64,000 nt of DNA from contig CAWAIF010000003.1 of assembly GCA_963782055.1 (NCBI GenBank), positions 2,336,001 to 2,400,000 of the forward strand, given 5' to 3'. This document shows, in pieces, positions 20,594 through 31,372 of this stretch (position 1 is the stretch's first letter; each line of letters opens with the position of its first letter). Below the pieces are notes generated by a model, which was not told the DNA's origin, did not search any database, and saw only the letters and a list, made by a program, of their open reading frames with translations. The position numbers and the translations under genes were made by a program. This DNA is from an uncultured delta proteobacterium (lineage in GTDB: Bacteria; Myxococcota_A; Polyangia; Polyangiales; Polyangiaceae).

Positions 20594-21271
20594 TCACCGG
20601 CACGGCTTCACCGCCACGCACGAGCGCCGGACTTCCCGGCCGGACACCGCCACGGACGCGGTCAGCTTGGGCGACTCCGACTTCTCGACCTGCGTGTCCT
20701 GCATCGTGAAGGTCTGCATGTCGGGCGCGAAGTCGAACGCCTTGAACCACACCGGGTCGGGGCCGAGGTGCAGCTGGGTGCGCCCCGGCGGGGGGGCGCC
20801 CCCCTTCCCGCACAGCGAGCCCTTGCACACCGCCACGCCGTCGGTCCGGTACCCGAGGACGGGCGTCTGCCAGACGAGGGTGCGGCCCGTCAGCCGCCCT
20901 CGCGCGGCGACGGCGCAGGCGTCGGGGGTCGTCGAGGTGTCGGTGGTGCTGGTGAACTCGCTGCTCCAGAACAGCACCGAGGAGCGGATGACGAAGTGCT
21001 CGTGCATCCCGTAGGAGAGCATGTTGACCGTGCCGCCGGGGACGCCCCGCACGTTGTCGAAGCGGAGCACCGTCTTGCCGGGGCCCACCGGGTAGATGCC
21101 GTCGCCCTTGCCGAACGGCGTGTCGGTGAGCTTCAGGTTGGCGGCGAGCGTGTACTCGATCTGGAAGGCGTCGCACGGCGGTGGCTGCGCAGCGTCCGTC
21201 GGCGCGAGCGCGACGAGGAGGAGCGCGGCGACCGAGGCGGCGGCGAGGAGGCGGTGGCGCAGCGCGGACAT
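20594..21271 (-). CDS. Hypothetical secreted protein
   Basis: [24 protein letters not shown] signal peptide; Cys pairs; strong sigma-54 motif upstream. Confidence 0.7.
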   Translation of the reverse strand: MSALRHRLLAAASVAALLLVALAPTDAAQPPPCDAFQIEYTLAANLKLTDTPFGKGDGIYPVGPGKTVLRFDNVRGVPGGTVNMLSYGMHEHFVIRSSVLFWSSEFTSTTDTSTTPDACAVAARGRLTGRTLVWQTPVLGYRTDGVAVCKGSLCGKGGAPPPGRTQLHLGPDPVWFKAFDFAPDMQTFTMQDTQVEKSESPKLTASVAVSGREVRRSCVAVKPCR

Positions 21272-21283
21272 ACCCCGGGGCTT

Positions 21284-21297
21284 GCATCGCGGGTGCC
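21284..21297 (-). promoter_or_regulatory. sigma-54 promoter
   Basis: (T)GGCACCCGCGATGC(A) on the minus strand. Confidence 0.75.
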
Positions 21298-21488
21298 AGC
21301 CGGACCGTGGCCCCCTCGCGGCTCGCCTCGCTCCGCTCGGTGCGCCAGCTCCTCGCTGGTGCTCGCGCCGAGTGAACGACCCTCCTGCGAGCGCGAGCGC
21401 AGCGAGTGCGCCAGCCGCGACCGGGCAAGCCGAGCGCAAACTCCGCGCCGCGCGCGACGCCCCGCGGCGACCGCCGCACCTGCCGGCC

Positions 21489-21502
21489 GGTACACGACAT
21501 GC
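21489..21502 (+). promoter_or_regulatory. sigma-54 promoter of zwf
   Basis: GGTACACGACATGC(A) upstream of the ATG at 21516. Confidence 0.55.
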
Positions 21503-21515
21503 ATGCCGCCAGGCC

Positions 21516-22898
21516 ATGGTGAACGCCTCATCGGACGCCGTGGTCTTCTTCGGTGCGACCGGGGATCTCGCGCACAAGAAGGTCTTTCCCGCGCTGCACG
21601 CCATGGTGAAGCGTGGCCACCTGAACGTGCCGGTCATCGGAGTGGCCAAGGCGGGCTGGAACCTCGACCAGCTCAAGGCCCGCGCCAGAGACAGCGTGCA
21701 GAAGCACGGCGGCGGTGTCGATGGCGCCGCCTTCGACAAGCTCTGCTCGCTGCTCCGGTACGTGGACGGCGACTACGAAGATCCGGCGACGTTCGATCGC
21801 CTGCGCGGCGCGCTGGGCTCGGCGCAGCGGCCGCTGCACTATCTCGCCATCCCGACCAGCCTGTTCTCGACCGTGGTCGCGCAGCTCGGCCGCTCGGGCT
21901 GCGCGAGAGACGGACGCGTCGTGGCGGAGAAGCCCTTCGGCCGCGATCTCGCCTCCGCGCAGGCGCTCAACCGCTCGCTCCTCGCCGTGTTCCCGGAGGC
22001 GGCCGTCTTTCGCATCGACCACTACCTCGGCAAGGAGCCCGTGCAGAACCTGCTCTACTTCCGCTTCAGCAACGCGCTCTTCGAGCCGATCTGGAATCGC
22101 AACTACGTCGAGAGCGTGCAGATCACCATGGCCGAGAGCTTTGGAGTCGAGGGCCGCGGGAGCTTCTACGATCAGGTCGGGACGATCCGCGACGTCATCG
22201 AGAATCACATGCTGCAGGTGACCGCGTGTCTCGCGATGGAGGCGCCGCTGGGAGGTCACCCCGAGACGCTGCGCGACGCGAAGGCGCGGCTGCTCGAGGC
22301 CATCACCCCGCTCGACCCGCAGAGAGTGGTGCGCGGCCAGTTCCGCGGCTACCGTGACGAGCCAGGGGTGGCCGCCGATTCGCGGGTCGAGACCTTCGCC
22401 GCGGTGCGGCTCCACATCGACAACTGGCGCTGGGCGGGCGTGCCCTTCTACATCCGCGCCGGCAAGTGCCTCCCGGTCACCTGCACCGAGGTGCTCGTCT
22501 CGCTCAAGGCGCCGCCGACCTCGGCCTTCGGCGAGAGGTTCGAGCGCTCCAACTACGTGCGCTTCCGGCTCGGGCCCGACGTCGCCATCGCCCTCGGTGT
22601 GCGCTCGAAGACGCCGGGGGAGGCCATGGTGGGCCAGGACGTGGAGCTGCTCGCCGCGCGAGGCGCGCGCGACGAGATGGAGGCCTACGAGCGCCTCCTC
22701 GGCGACGCGATGAGGGGCGACGCCACCATGTTCGCGCGCGAGGACACCGTCGAGGCGGAGTGGCGGATCGTCGAGCCGATCCTGGGCAGCACGGACTCGC
22801 CACACGAGTACGAGGCCGGAACGTGGGGCCCCGCCGAAGCCACTGGCCTGATCGATCGCTCCGGTGGCTGGCACCAGCCGCAGGAGCCACCCTCGTGA
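21516..22898 (+). CDS. zwf: Glucose-6-phosphate 1-dehydrogenase
   Basis: [41 protein letters not shown]. Confidence 0.97.
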   Translation: MVNASSDAVVFFGATGDLAHKKVFPALHAMVKRGHLNVPVIGVAKAGWNLDQLKARARDSVQKHGGGVDGAAFDKLCSLLRYVDGDYEDPATFDRLRGALGSAQRPLHYLAIPTSLFSTVVAQLGRSGCARDGRVVAEKPFGRDLASAQALNRSLLAVFPEAAVFRIDHYLGKEPVQNLLYFRFSNALFEPIWNRNYVESVQITMAESFGVEGRGSFYDQVGTIRDVIENHMLQVTACLAMEAPLGGHPETLRDAKARLLEAITPLDPQRVVRGQFRGYRDEPGVAADSRVETFAAVRLHIDNWRWAGVPFYIRAGKCLPVTCTEVLVSLKAPPTSAFGERFERSNYVRFRLGPDVAIALGVRSKTPGEAMVGQDVELLAARGARDEMEAYERLLGDAMRGDATMFAREDTVEAEWRIVEPILGSTDSPHEYEAGTWGPAEATGLIDRSGGWHQPQEPPS

Positions 22899-22966
22899 GA
22901 GGCGTCACGACACGCCGGAGGTGGCGCGATCCCACCTTCGGCGGCGGCGTGTGGGGTGTGCGGCCG

Positions 22967-25900
22967 TCACCCGGGTGGTGATGCTCGCCCGAGCCGCACG
23001 CGCACCTCGTGTACGCCGGAGGCGCTCGCGTCGATGGGGACGCGACCGGACTCCAGCCGGACGCGGTCGAGGGTCGTCCACGCGACGCCCGCGCTCACGG
23101 CGTCGGGGTTCTCGACGACCACGTGCAGCTCCTGGGAGCCGGCGCGGACCCAGGCCTCGAAGCCTCTCCAGGCGCGAGGGATGCACGGGTCCACGCGCAG
23201 CGCGCCGTCCTCCCTGCGGAGGCCGAGGATGCCCTCGACGCCGAGCCGCCAGGCCCACGCGGCCGCGCCGCTGTACCAGGTCCACCCGCCGCGCCCCACC
23301 CAGGGTGGCGCGCCGTAGACGTCGCCCGCGAGCACGTACGGCTCGACCCTGTAGCGCGCCACCTCCTCCGGTGTTCTCGTCCGCAGCACCGGGTTGAGCA
23401 GGCGGAAGATGTGCTCGGCGCCATCGCCGTCGCGGAGCGCGACGTGAGCCCAGCCCAGCCAGGTCGCCGCGTGCGTGTACTGCCCGCCGTTCTCCCGGAT
23501 CCCCGGGGGGTAGGCGCGGATGTAGCCGGGGTCGTGCGGCGTCGCGTCGAACGGCGGCCGGAGCAGGAGGATGAGCCGGTCGTCCTCGAGGACCAGCTTC
23601 TCGTCGGCCGCCTTCACGGCCACGCGCGCGCGCGCCGGGTCGGCGACGCCGGAGAGGGCGGCCCAGGACTGGGCGATGGAGTCGATCCGGCACTCGCGTG
23701 ACTTCGCCGAGCCGAGGAGGGAGCCGTCGTCGTGAAAGGCGCGCAGGTACCACCCTCCGTCCCATGCGCTGTCCTGCAGCTTCTGGCCCAGGGACGCCGC
23801 CCGTCCGCGCCACGTCGCGGCCTCGTCGTCCTTGCCGGCGCGCTCGCAGACGGCGGCGAACCGGTTCATCGTGAGGGAGAGAAACCACCCGAGCCAGACG
23901 CTCTCGCCGCGGCCCTTCGCGCCGACGCGATTCATCCCGTCGTTCCAGTCCCCGTCACCCATGAGCGGCAGACCGTGGCGCCCGTGGGTCGAGGCGCGCT
24001 CGAGGGCGCGGCGGCAGTGCTCGAACAGCGGCGAGGTCCGCGCCGCCGGCGCGTACTGGGCGTACCGGTCGTGCTCCTCGGCCGTCAGGGGATCGGCGGA
24101 CAGGAAAGGCGCCTCTTCGGAGAGAACTGCGACGTCGCCGGTCGCGAGGACGTACTCGGCGGTGACGAAGGGGAGCCACGCCATGTCGTCGGAGCAACGC
24201 GTGCGCACGCCGCGGTCCGACGGCGGGTGCCACCAGTGCAGCACGTCGCCTTCCTCGAACTGGTGCGCGGCCGAATCGAGGATGTGCGCGCGGGCGCGCT
24301 CCGGCGCCGCCTGCAGCAGCGCCAGGACGTCCTGAAGCTGGTCGCGGAAACCGAACGCGCCGCTCGACTGGTAGAAGGCCGTGCGACCGAACACCCGTGA
24401 CGCGAGCGACTGGTAGAGGAACCAGCGATTGAGCATCAGGTCCATCGCCGCGTCCGGGGTCTTCACGCGCACGCTGCCGAGGAGTCCGTCCCAGAACGCG
24501 CCCAGCTCCTTCCACGCCGCGTCCACGGTGCCGCGCTGCCGGAAGCGGGCGACGACCTCCAGCGCCTCCGCGCGACTGCCCGCCTGCCCGAGGACGAAGT
24601 GCGTCTCCACGGTCTCGCCCGGCGCGAGCTCGAGGTGGACCTGCAGCGCGGCGCAGGGGTCGACCCCCGCGTCGGCGCGCCCGGAGAGCCCCCAGCGCCC
24701 CAGCGCCTCCGGTCGTGCAGGGTCCCCCCGGCGCCCGAGAAACTCGGTGCGGTCGGTCGTGAAGCCGTGCAGCTCGCGCTCCGATGCGAGGAAGGCGACG
24801 CGATCTCCGAACTCGGCGTTCCAGTTGCATCGCGCGAGGAGGCAGGCGCCCGGCCGATCGACCTCCGGCGCCACATACGCCCGTTGCTCCTCCGGCAAGC
24901 TCCCGAGGACCCACTCGGCGTAGTACGTCGCGGTGAGCCGCCGGGGCCGGGGGAGGGTGTTCTCCAGCCGGAGGCGCACCACCTTGAGCGGCGCGCCGGA
25001 CGGCACGAAGACCGTCAGCTCCTGCTTCAGTCCGTGGCTGTGCTGCGTGTAGCGGGTGTAGCCCGCGCCGTGTCGCACCAGGGTCTCGGCATCCCGACCC
25101 GCCGGCAGCGGCGTCGTGGACCAGACCGCAGCCGTCTGCTCGTCGCGCAGGTAGAGCGCCTCCGAGGGCGTGTCGAACACGGGGTCGTTCCTCCACGGGG
25201 TGAGCCGGTTCTCGCCGGCGTTGAGCGACCACGTGCTGCCCAGCGAAGACTCGCTCACCAGGCAGCCCATCTCCGGATTGGCGAGGACGTTGCACCACGG
25301 CGCCGGGGTCGGGCTCGTCGGCCCGACCGAGAGCACGTACTCGCGCCCGTCCTCGGTGAACCCTCCCGTCCCGTTGTCCAGCAGGAGCGCGGGTCGCTGC
25401 GGGGCGCTGTCGCTCGCGTCGACCGGCAGGGCGGGCTCGAAGCGCGGGAGCTTGGACGGCGCCGGGGCGGGGCGCGACAGCCGTGCGCCGAGGGAGCCGT
25501 CGCGCGTGTCCAGCAGGACGTGCGCGCTCGCCTCGAGGTGCGCGCGCTCGTCGCCCCCGAGCTGGTCCATCGCCAGCACGAACACGCCGCCATGCTGGTT
25601 CAGCAGGTCGCCGGCCTGGTGCGTCGCGAGCACGGTCTGGAGCGTCCCGGAGCCCCCGTTTGCGTAGCCCGTCGCCTGTTCGTCCAGAAGGACCAGATCG
25701 AAGCGCACGCCGCACGCGCGGAGGTAGCGCTGGGCGGCGAGCGTCTCCCCGAGGAGCGCGGCCTCCGCGTCGTGGACGCGCACGAAGACGATGGGGTCGT
25801 CGCCGGAGATCCCGCGGCCCCACAGGCGACTCTTGCACGGACGCGCCGACGCGATGACCTCGGGCGGCGCACGCAGGGTGGGGTCGGCGTAGAGGAGCGC

Positions 25901-28900
25901 GGAGAAGAGGCGCTGCACCATCGGTACGAGGTAAGGCTCGACGCGGGCGCGCGTGAGGCGTCGCGGGCTCTCCTGCTCGGCGTCGAGGAAGGCCCACCGG
26001 GCCGCGTGCAGCGAGCCGTAGCGGCGCGCGATCTCCAGCACGGCGCCCCGCGAGCGGGCGACCGCGGTGACGAAGGCCAGCGTGACGCTCGCTCCGGGCT
26101 TGAGCTCGACGCTCGCCGTCAGGCTCATCACCGGATCGAGGACCGCGCCGACGCGCCCGTCGTATCCGGGTTTTCCCCCCGGGGGTGCGAGCGGAGTGCG
26201 CGTGCCTTGACCGCGCCCGTACAGCGCCGCGCGATCGGTCTCGTAGCCCACACGGTGCACGGAGGGCCCCTCGTGTACGAGGCGGTGGACGAGGACGGCG
26301 CGCTCCTCTTTGGGGGACCTGGGGCGTCGCGCGAAGAGCAGCGCGTCGAGGTCCGACACCAGCTCGCTCTCGATGAACATCCGCGAGAAGGCCGGGTGCC
26401 GCCCGGCCTCCTGCGGAGCTTGCAGCACGGGCTCGGCCGCGCTCGTCACGGTGAGGCGTCGCCCGCGACCGGACTCGTTGTGCAGCGTGATCCTCCGCAC
26501 CTCGACGTCGTCGGCGGCGGCCACGGTGACGTCGACGTGCGCCGAGATCCCCTCGCCGCGCCGGTGGAACTCCGCCTCGTGCATCGAGTAGGTCGTGCGG
26601 CCCTGGTCGGAGGTCGCGCGCCAGGCGCGTCCGGTCTCCTGATCGCGCAGGAAGATCCACACGCCGTCCTCGTCGCGGGTGGGGTCGGCGCGGTACCGGG
26701 TGAGGGCGAGCCCCTGCCAGGAGAGACCGCCGCCCCCGGCCTCGGTCAGCACGCTGCTCAGCCGGCCGTTGCTCACGACGAAGGCCTGCGGCCGGTCGTC
26801 CGCGCTCGGAGTCCACGGTGAGGGAGCGCTCGCCGGCGTCTGGGAGTTCTCTTGGGCGGGACGGCTCTCCGCGCCATCGGCGAACGGCCACTCCGCGGGC
26901 GCCACGGCGGGCGCGCGCTCGTTGAGCAGCACCTCCCCCGTCGCGACCGAAGGCTCCCCGTGGAACCGGGAGAGCATGACGCCATCGTTGAGGTAGTTGT
27001 CGAGCGCGACGAGCGCCATCCCCTGGTGGTGCGCCATGTACAATCGCACGACGGCGTAGGGCCGACCGTCCGGGGCGCGGTCCGGCTGGAGATCGACGGC
27101 CTCGAAGAAGCCGTAGGTGCCCATCATCCCCATGGACTCGAGCTTGGCCATGTTGTCGACGACGGCGCGCGGGTTCATCGAGAGCGCGAGCATCGACGCG
27201 TAGGGGGCGATCACCAGGTCCTCCTCCAGACCGCGCTTGAAGCCCAGTCCCGGGACGCCGAAGGAGCGGTACTGGTAGGTCTTCTGAGCGTCGAGTCGCG
27301 CGTAGGCCGACTCGGAGATCCCCCAGGGCGCGCCCCTCGCCTCGCCGTAGGCAATCTGCGCCGCGACGGCGAGCTCGCAGCTCTGCGCGAGCAAGGTGCC
27401 CTCCGCGCTCGTCATCAGGAGGCTCGGCATCAGGTACTCGAACATGGTGCCGCCCCAGGACAGGAGCGCCGGTGCGCCGGCCACGCGGGTCATCGGCCGG
27501 CCGAGCGCGACCCAGTGCGATTCGGGCACCTGGTGTCCCACGATGGCGAGGTAGCTCGCCAGCCGCGCCTCCGACGCCAGGAGGTCGTAGTGGTGCGGGT
27601 CCACCCGGTCGAGCGTCACGTTGTACCCGATGCGGAAGAGGTTTCGGTCGCGGTCGAACAGGAGCCGGAAGTCCATCCCCCGCGCCTCCGCCTCGGCGCG
27701 CGTCGCGACGCTTGCGAGCTCGTCGCAGAGGAAGGCCGCGCCGGTCTCCGCGGCGGTGAAGGCTTCTCTCAGCCGGCGTGCCGATTCCTCCACCGCCGCG
27801 CTCGGGCCAGGCCCGCCGTCCTCGCTCTGCGCGCGCAGCCACTCCTCCAGCTGGGCCCGCAGGCTCCGGCACGCTGCCGGGACCTCGTCGAGCCTGGGGG
27901 CCGAAGGCGGCTGCAGCCCGGCGGCGGCTGGCTCGTCTCGCAGCGCGAGCCAGGGGAGAAGGCAATCGTGCTCCCGGCGCATCTGCTGCAGCTGCTCGTG
28001 AACGCGATCCGCCCACGTCCGCAGCGCGTGCAGGAGCGCAGGCTCGTGGCGGTAGGCGCCCGTCTCGAGCAGCGCGAGGAGGTGCCGGTCCATCTCCGCG
28101 AGGCTGTCGTCGCAGAGGCCGCGGAGCGTGGCGTAGCCGTCCTCCGGACGATGGCATCCCTGCTCCGTCGCCGCCCGCATGGCCACGAGGGTCGCGCGGA
28201 GCGCGCCCGAGCCCGGCGCCGCGAGCGAGACGACGACCTCGTCGAGCAGGTCGAGGGTGTCGCAGAGACCCTCCCACGCGGCCGGGCGGCCAACCGGCGC
28301 GCGCGTCACGTCCGCGCACCCCTGCGCGAGGGCGATCAGGCAGCCGGCGAAGTTCCCGCTGTCCACGGTGGAGACGTACTGCGGGAGCAGCGGCTGGAGG
28401 TTCTTCGTCTCGTACCAGTTGAGGAGGTGTCCCTGGTAGTGGACGAGGCGCCCGATGCTGTCGAGCGAGCTGTGCAGCCGCAGCGACAGCTCGCCCGGAC
28501 CGAGATAGCCGAGGTCGTGCGCCGCGAGCGTCGAGAGGAGCATGAGCCCGATGTTGGTCGGCGAGGTGCGGCGCGCCGTCTGCTCGTGGGGCTCCTCCTG
28601 GTAGTTGTCCACGGGCAGCCACTGGTCGCTCGGCCCGACGAAGGTCTCGAAGAAGAGCCACGTCCGGCGCGCGAGGCGCCGCAGGTCGCGCCGATCGGAC
28701 GGGAGCAGCGGCGCGGAGCGCGACGGCTCCGCCCGGCTCACCCACCGCGCGATCTCCGGGCCCAGCAACCAGGCGAGCAGCAGCGGGGCCGCCACGACCA
28801 GCGCCGAAGGGCGGACGAGCGCGACGACCTCTGTGATCGCGACGGCGACGAGTGGCCCGGCGAGCATCTCTCGCCAGAGGAGCGGGCGCGACTGGCGTGC

Positions 28901-31372
28901 GCCGAACCGCCGCGCCGTCTGCTCGGCGGACACCCACTGCAGGAGGTGCTTGCGCGTGATCGTCATCCGCACCAGGGCGCGGACCACCGCGTCGACGACC
29001 ATCGCGGCCTCGTGGGCGAGGAATGCGACCGCCAGGAGATAGCGGCCGACCGTCTCGGTGCGCCGGCGGTTGCGCACCAGGGCGGGCAAGAGCGGCGCGA
29101 GCAAGACGCCGAGCACGCCGAGCGTCCACGCCAGCGGAGCCCCCGGCAGCACGGTCCAGCCTGCGATGAGGAGCAACAGGAGCGCCGGGCTCGCGAGGCT
29201 GCGCCGCAGGTTGTCGACGATCTTCCAGCGGTCGATCAGTCGCAGCCGGTTGACGACGCGGCCCTTCGCGGAGGGCACCCTGGGAAGGAGCCACGGCAAG
29301 AGCTGCCAGTCGCCGCGCACCCACCGGTGCATTCGCCGCGCGAAGACCGCGTAGTGCGACGGGTAGTCCTCGAACAGGACGATGTCGCTCGCCAGCGCGG
29401 TCCGCCCCTGGATCCCCTCGAACAGGTCGTGGCTGACGAGCGCGTTCTCCGGAACCCTGCCCTCCGTGCTGCGCCTGAACCCGTCGACGTCGTAGATCCC
29501 CTTGCCGACGTAGATGCCCGACCCGCAGAGGTCCTGGTATACGTCGGAGACGGCGTGCGTGTAGATGTCGAAGCCGACGTCCCCCGCGAAGATCCGCGAG
29601 AACCGCGTGGAGCGGGGCGAGGAGGGCGACGTGTCGATGCGCGGCTGAGCGATCGTGTACCCGGACATGACGCGGCCGGTGTCGTCGTCGAACACCGCGC
29701 GGTTGAGCGGGTGTGCGAGCAGCCCGATCAGCCGCGCGGCGCCCCCGATCGGGAGCTGCGTGTCGCTGTCCAGCGTGATGACGAAGCGGATCTGCTCCAG
29801 CCCGTGACGGGAGCCTTCGTGGTGCGTGTAGCTCGTGTGCTCGTCCCCCCGGAGCAGGCGGTTGAGCTCTTCCAGCTTGCCCCGCTTGCGCTCCCAGCCC
29901 AAAAAGCATCCCTCGGCCGGGTTGCTGCGGGGAGCGCGGTGCAGGAGGTGGAACGGCCCGGCGCCCCCCCCGCCATACCGGACGTTGAGCGAGGCGACGC
30001 CCCGCGCGGCCATCGCCACCAGCGGCCCGCTCTCCGGCATGGTTGGCGAGTCCACGTCGTCGGTCAGCAGCGCGAACCCGAGCGCCGGGTCGGGGTTGGA
30101 GAGATAGTGGAGCTCCAGCTGCCGGACCATGGGCTCCACGTCCTCGGGGCGCCCGAGCAGGGTGGGAATGACCACCAGGGTCCGCGCCTCCTCGGGCACG
30201 CCGCGAGAGAAGTCGAGCTTCGGCAGGACGCGCGGGGGCAAGAGGCGCGACAGGACCCACTGCACCGCGGTGACGGAGAGGACCGACGCGGGCACGGCGG
30301 CCAGGGCCAGGGCGAGCGCCATCGGGAGCAGGTGCCCTCCGCTGCGCATGGCGTAGACGCCCACCGGAACGAGCAACGCCGCCGTCGACAGCGCGACAGA
30401 ACCCAGGAGCGTGAGCGCCGGGCGCCGGCGGAGCGCACGACGGACGCGCCGGATCCCGCGCGGGCGGTACCGGAGGTCGGCCTCCAGCGCGGCGCGCCCC
30501 GCGTCGACGAGGTGGTAGCCGACGTGCCCGCGTCGGTCGTCGAGCACCTCCTCGCGCGCCAGGAGCACCGCGCGCCGCGCGACCTCCTCCTCGGCGATCC
30601 CGGTGACCCACGCGAGCTCCTCCACCGCCTTGCGGTAGGTGTCGCACGTCTCGAAGTCCATGTGCCGGTAGACGTCGGCCGGATCGCTGCGGAGCACGCT
30701 CTCGACGCGACTCGTCCGCCCGAAGAAGCGTTTCCAGTCGATGTCCGCGAACAGGCGCAGCGCGCGGACCGATCGCTCCACGCCGGACTCCGGGTCGATC
30801 TCCGCAAGCTCGTCCGGCGTCCCCTCCGGCAAAAAGCCGAGGTCGCTCTCCGCGTGGAGGAGGGCTCGGAGTGCGGACAGGCGCAGGACGGTCGGGAGCG
30901 CCCAGAGCTCGGCGATGGTGAGGGGGGCGACCTCCTGGTACGCCCGGACGAAGCGCAACAGGACGCTCTCGTCGAGCTCGACGAGTCTCTTCGCGAGGAG
31001 CGAGCGCGCCATGACGTACACGCGGGCCCGTCCCTTCGACGGACCGGACGCGAGCTCCGGGAGGCGGGCCGCGAAGCCGCGCGGGAGCTCCTGGGCGACC
31101 TGGCGTGCCACGCGGCGGATCAAGTAGTAGTTGTCGAGGAACCACTCCGCCGCCTTGCGAAGGGTGGAGGTGTCGGCTCCCTCGGCCGCGTGCGTCCGGG
31201 CTTCCGCGAGATCATCCTCGGTGTGCAGCTCGCGGAGGAGGCGCGTGACGTTTCGCGGGCGTCGGAGGTGGCGCTGCGTCCGTGCGAGCGCGCGAGCCTC
31301 CGCCGCGAGGGCGTCGCGCTCGGCGGCGTCATCCTCCGGAGGAGGTGCGGCGCTTCCCGCCGCGGCGGTCAA
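22967..31372 (-). CDS. ~2800-aa NdvB/Cgs-like protein: GT84-type glucan synthase + glycoamylase-like domain + GH94 phosphorylase
   Basis: EWFLDNYY, WERKRGKL, ITLDSDT, SHDLFEG, RWVRGDWQ; RTSPTNIG, LLASEARL, WGISES; QSSGAFGFRDQLQD, GDWNDG, RENGGQYTH, GGWTWYSG. Probable TTG start overlaps the USP stop. Confidence 0.9.
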   Translation of the reverse strand: MTAAAGSAAPPPEDDAAERDALAAEARALARTQRHLRRPRNVTRLLRELHTEDDLAEARTHAAEGADTSTLRKAAEWFLDNYYLIRRVARQVAQELPRGFAARLPELASGPSKGRARVYVMARSLLAKRLVELDESVLLRFVRAYQEVAPLTIAELWALPTVLRLSALRALLHAESDLGFLPEGTPDELAEIDPESGVERSVRALRLFADIDWKRFFGRTSRVESVLRSDPADVYRHMDFETCDTYRKAVEELAWVTGIAEEEVARRAVLLAREEVLDDRRGHVGYHLVDAGRAALEADLRYRPRGIRRVRRALRRRPALTLLGSVALSTAALLVPVGVYAMRSGGHLLPMALALALAAVPASVLSVTAVQWVLSRLLPPRVLPKLDFSRGVPEEARTLVVIPTLLGRPEDVEPMVRQLELHYLSNPDPALGFALLTDDVDSPTMPESGPLVAMAARGVASLNVRYGGGGAGPFHLLHRAPRSNPAEGCFLGWERKRGKLEELNRLLRGDEHTSYTHHEGSRHGLEQIRFVITLDSDTQLPIGGAARLIGLLAHPLNRAVFDDDTGRVMSGYTIAQPRIDTSPSSPRSTRFSRIFAGDVGFDIYTHAVSDVYQDLCGSGIYVGKGIYDVDGFRRSTEGRVPENALVSHDLFEGIQGRTALASDIVLFEDYPSHYAVFARRMHRWVRGDWQLLPWLLPRVPSAKGRVVNRLRLIDRWKIVDNLRRSLASPALLLLLIAGWTVLPGAPLAWTLGVLGVLLAPLLPALVRNRRRTETVGRYLLAVAFLAHEAAMVVDAVVRALVRMTITRKHLLQWVSAEQTARRFGARQSRPLLWREMLAGPLVAVAITEVVALVRPSALVVAAPLLLAWLLGPEIARWVSRAEPSRSAPLLPSDRRDLRRLARRTWLFFETFVGPSDQWLPVDNYQEEPHEQTARRTSPTNIGLMLLSTLAAHDLGYLGPGELSLRLHSSLDSIGRLVHYQGHLLNWYETKNLQPLLPQYVSTVDSGNFAGCLIALAQGCADVTRAPVGRPAAWEGLCDTLDLLDEVVVSLAAPGSGALRATLVAMRAATEQGCHRPEDGYATLRGLCDDSLAEMDRHLLALLETGAYRHEPALLHALRTWADRVHEQLQQMRREHDCLLPWLALRDEPAAAGLQPPSAPRLDEVPAACRSLRAQLEEWLRAQSEDGGPGPSAAVEESARRLREAFTAAETGAAFLCDELASVATRAEAEARGMDFRLLFDRDRNLFRIGYNVTLDRVDPHHYDLLASEARLASYLAIVGHQVPESHWVALGRPMTRVAGAPALLSWGGTMFEYLMPSLLMTSAEGTLLAQSCELAVAAQIAYGEARGAPWGISESAYARLDAQKTYQYRSFGVPGLGFKRGLEEDLVIAPYASMLALSMNPRAVVDNMAKLESMGMMGTYGFFEAVDLQPDRAPDGRPYAVVRLYMAHHQGMALVALDNYLNDGVMLSRFHGEPSVATGEVLLNERAPAVAPAEWPFADGAESRPAQENSQTPASAPSPWTPSADDRPQAFVVSNGRLSSVLTEAGGGGLSWQGLALTRYRADPTRDEDGVWIFLRDQETGRAWRATSDQGRTTYSMHEAEFHRRGEGISAHVDVTVAAADDVEVRRITLHNESGRGRRLTVTSAAEPVLQAPQEAGRHPAFSRMFIESELVSDLDALLFARRPRSPKEERAVLVHRLVHEGPSVHRVGYETDRAALYGRGQGTRTPLAPPGGKPGYDGRVGAVLDPVMSLTASVELKPGASVTLAFVTAVARSRGAVLEIARRYGSLHAARWAFLDAEQESPRRLTRARVEPYLVPMVQRLFSALLYADPTLRAPPEVIASARPCKSRLWGRGISGDDPIVFVRVHDAEAALLGETLAAQRYLRACGVRFDLVLLDEQATGYANGGSGTLQTVLATHQAGDLLNQHGGVFVLAMDQLGGDERAHLEASAHVLLDTRDGSLGARLSRPAPAPSKLPRFEPALPVDASDSAPQRPALLLDNGTGGFTEDGREYVLSVGPTSPTPAPWCNVLANPEMGCLVSESSLGSTWSLNAGENRLTPWRNDPVFDTPSEALYLRDEQTAAVWSTTPLPAGRDAETLVRHGAGYTRYTQHSHGLKQELTVFVPSGAPLKVVRLRLENTLPRPRRLTATYYAEWVLGSLPEEQRAYVAPEVDRPGACLLARCNWNAEFGDRVAFLASERELHGFTTDRTEFLGRRGDPARPEALGRWGLSGRADAGVDPCAALQVHLELAPGETVETHFVLGQAGSRAEALEVVARFRQRGTVDAAWKELGAFWDGLLGSVRVKTPDAAMDLMLNRWFLYQSLASRVFGRTAFYQSSGAFGFRDQLQDVLALLQAAPERARAHILDSAAHQFEEGDVLHWWHPPSDRGVRTRCSDDMAWLPFVTAEYVLATGDVAVLSEEAPFLSADPLTAEEHDRYAQYAPAARTSPLFEHCRRALERASTHGRHGLPLMGDGDWNDGMNRVGAKGRGESVWLGWFLSLTMNRFAAVCERAGKDDEAATWRGRAASLGQKLQDSAWDGGWYLRAFHDDGSLLGSAKSRECRIDSIAQSWAALSGVADPARARVAVKAADEKLVLEDDRLILLLRPPFDATPHDPGYIRAYPPGIRENGGQYTHAATWLGWAHVALRDGDGAEHIFRLLNPVLRTRTPEEVARYRVEPYVLAGDVYGAPPWVGRGGWTWYSGAAAWAWRLGVEGILGLRREDGALRVDPCIPRAWRGFEAWVRAGSQELHVVVENPDAVSAGVAWTTLDRVRLESGRVPIDASASGVHEVRVRLGRASPPG

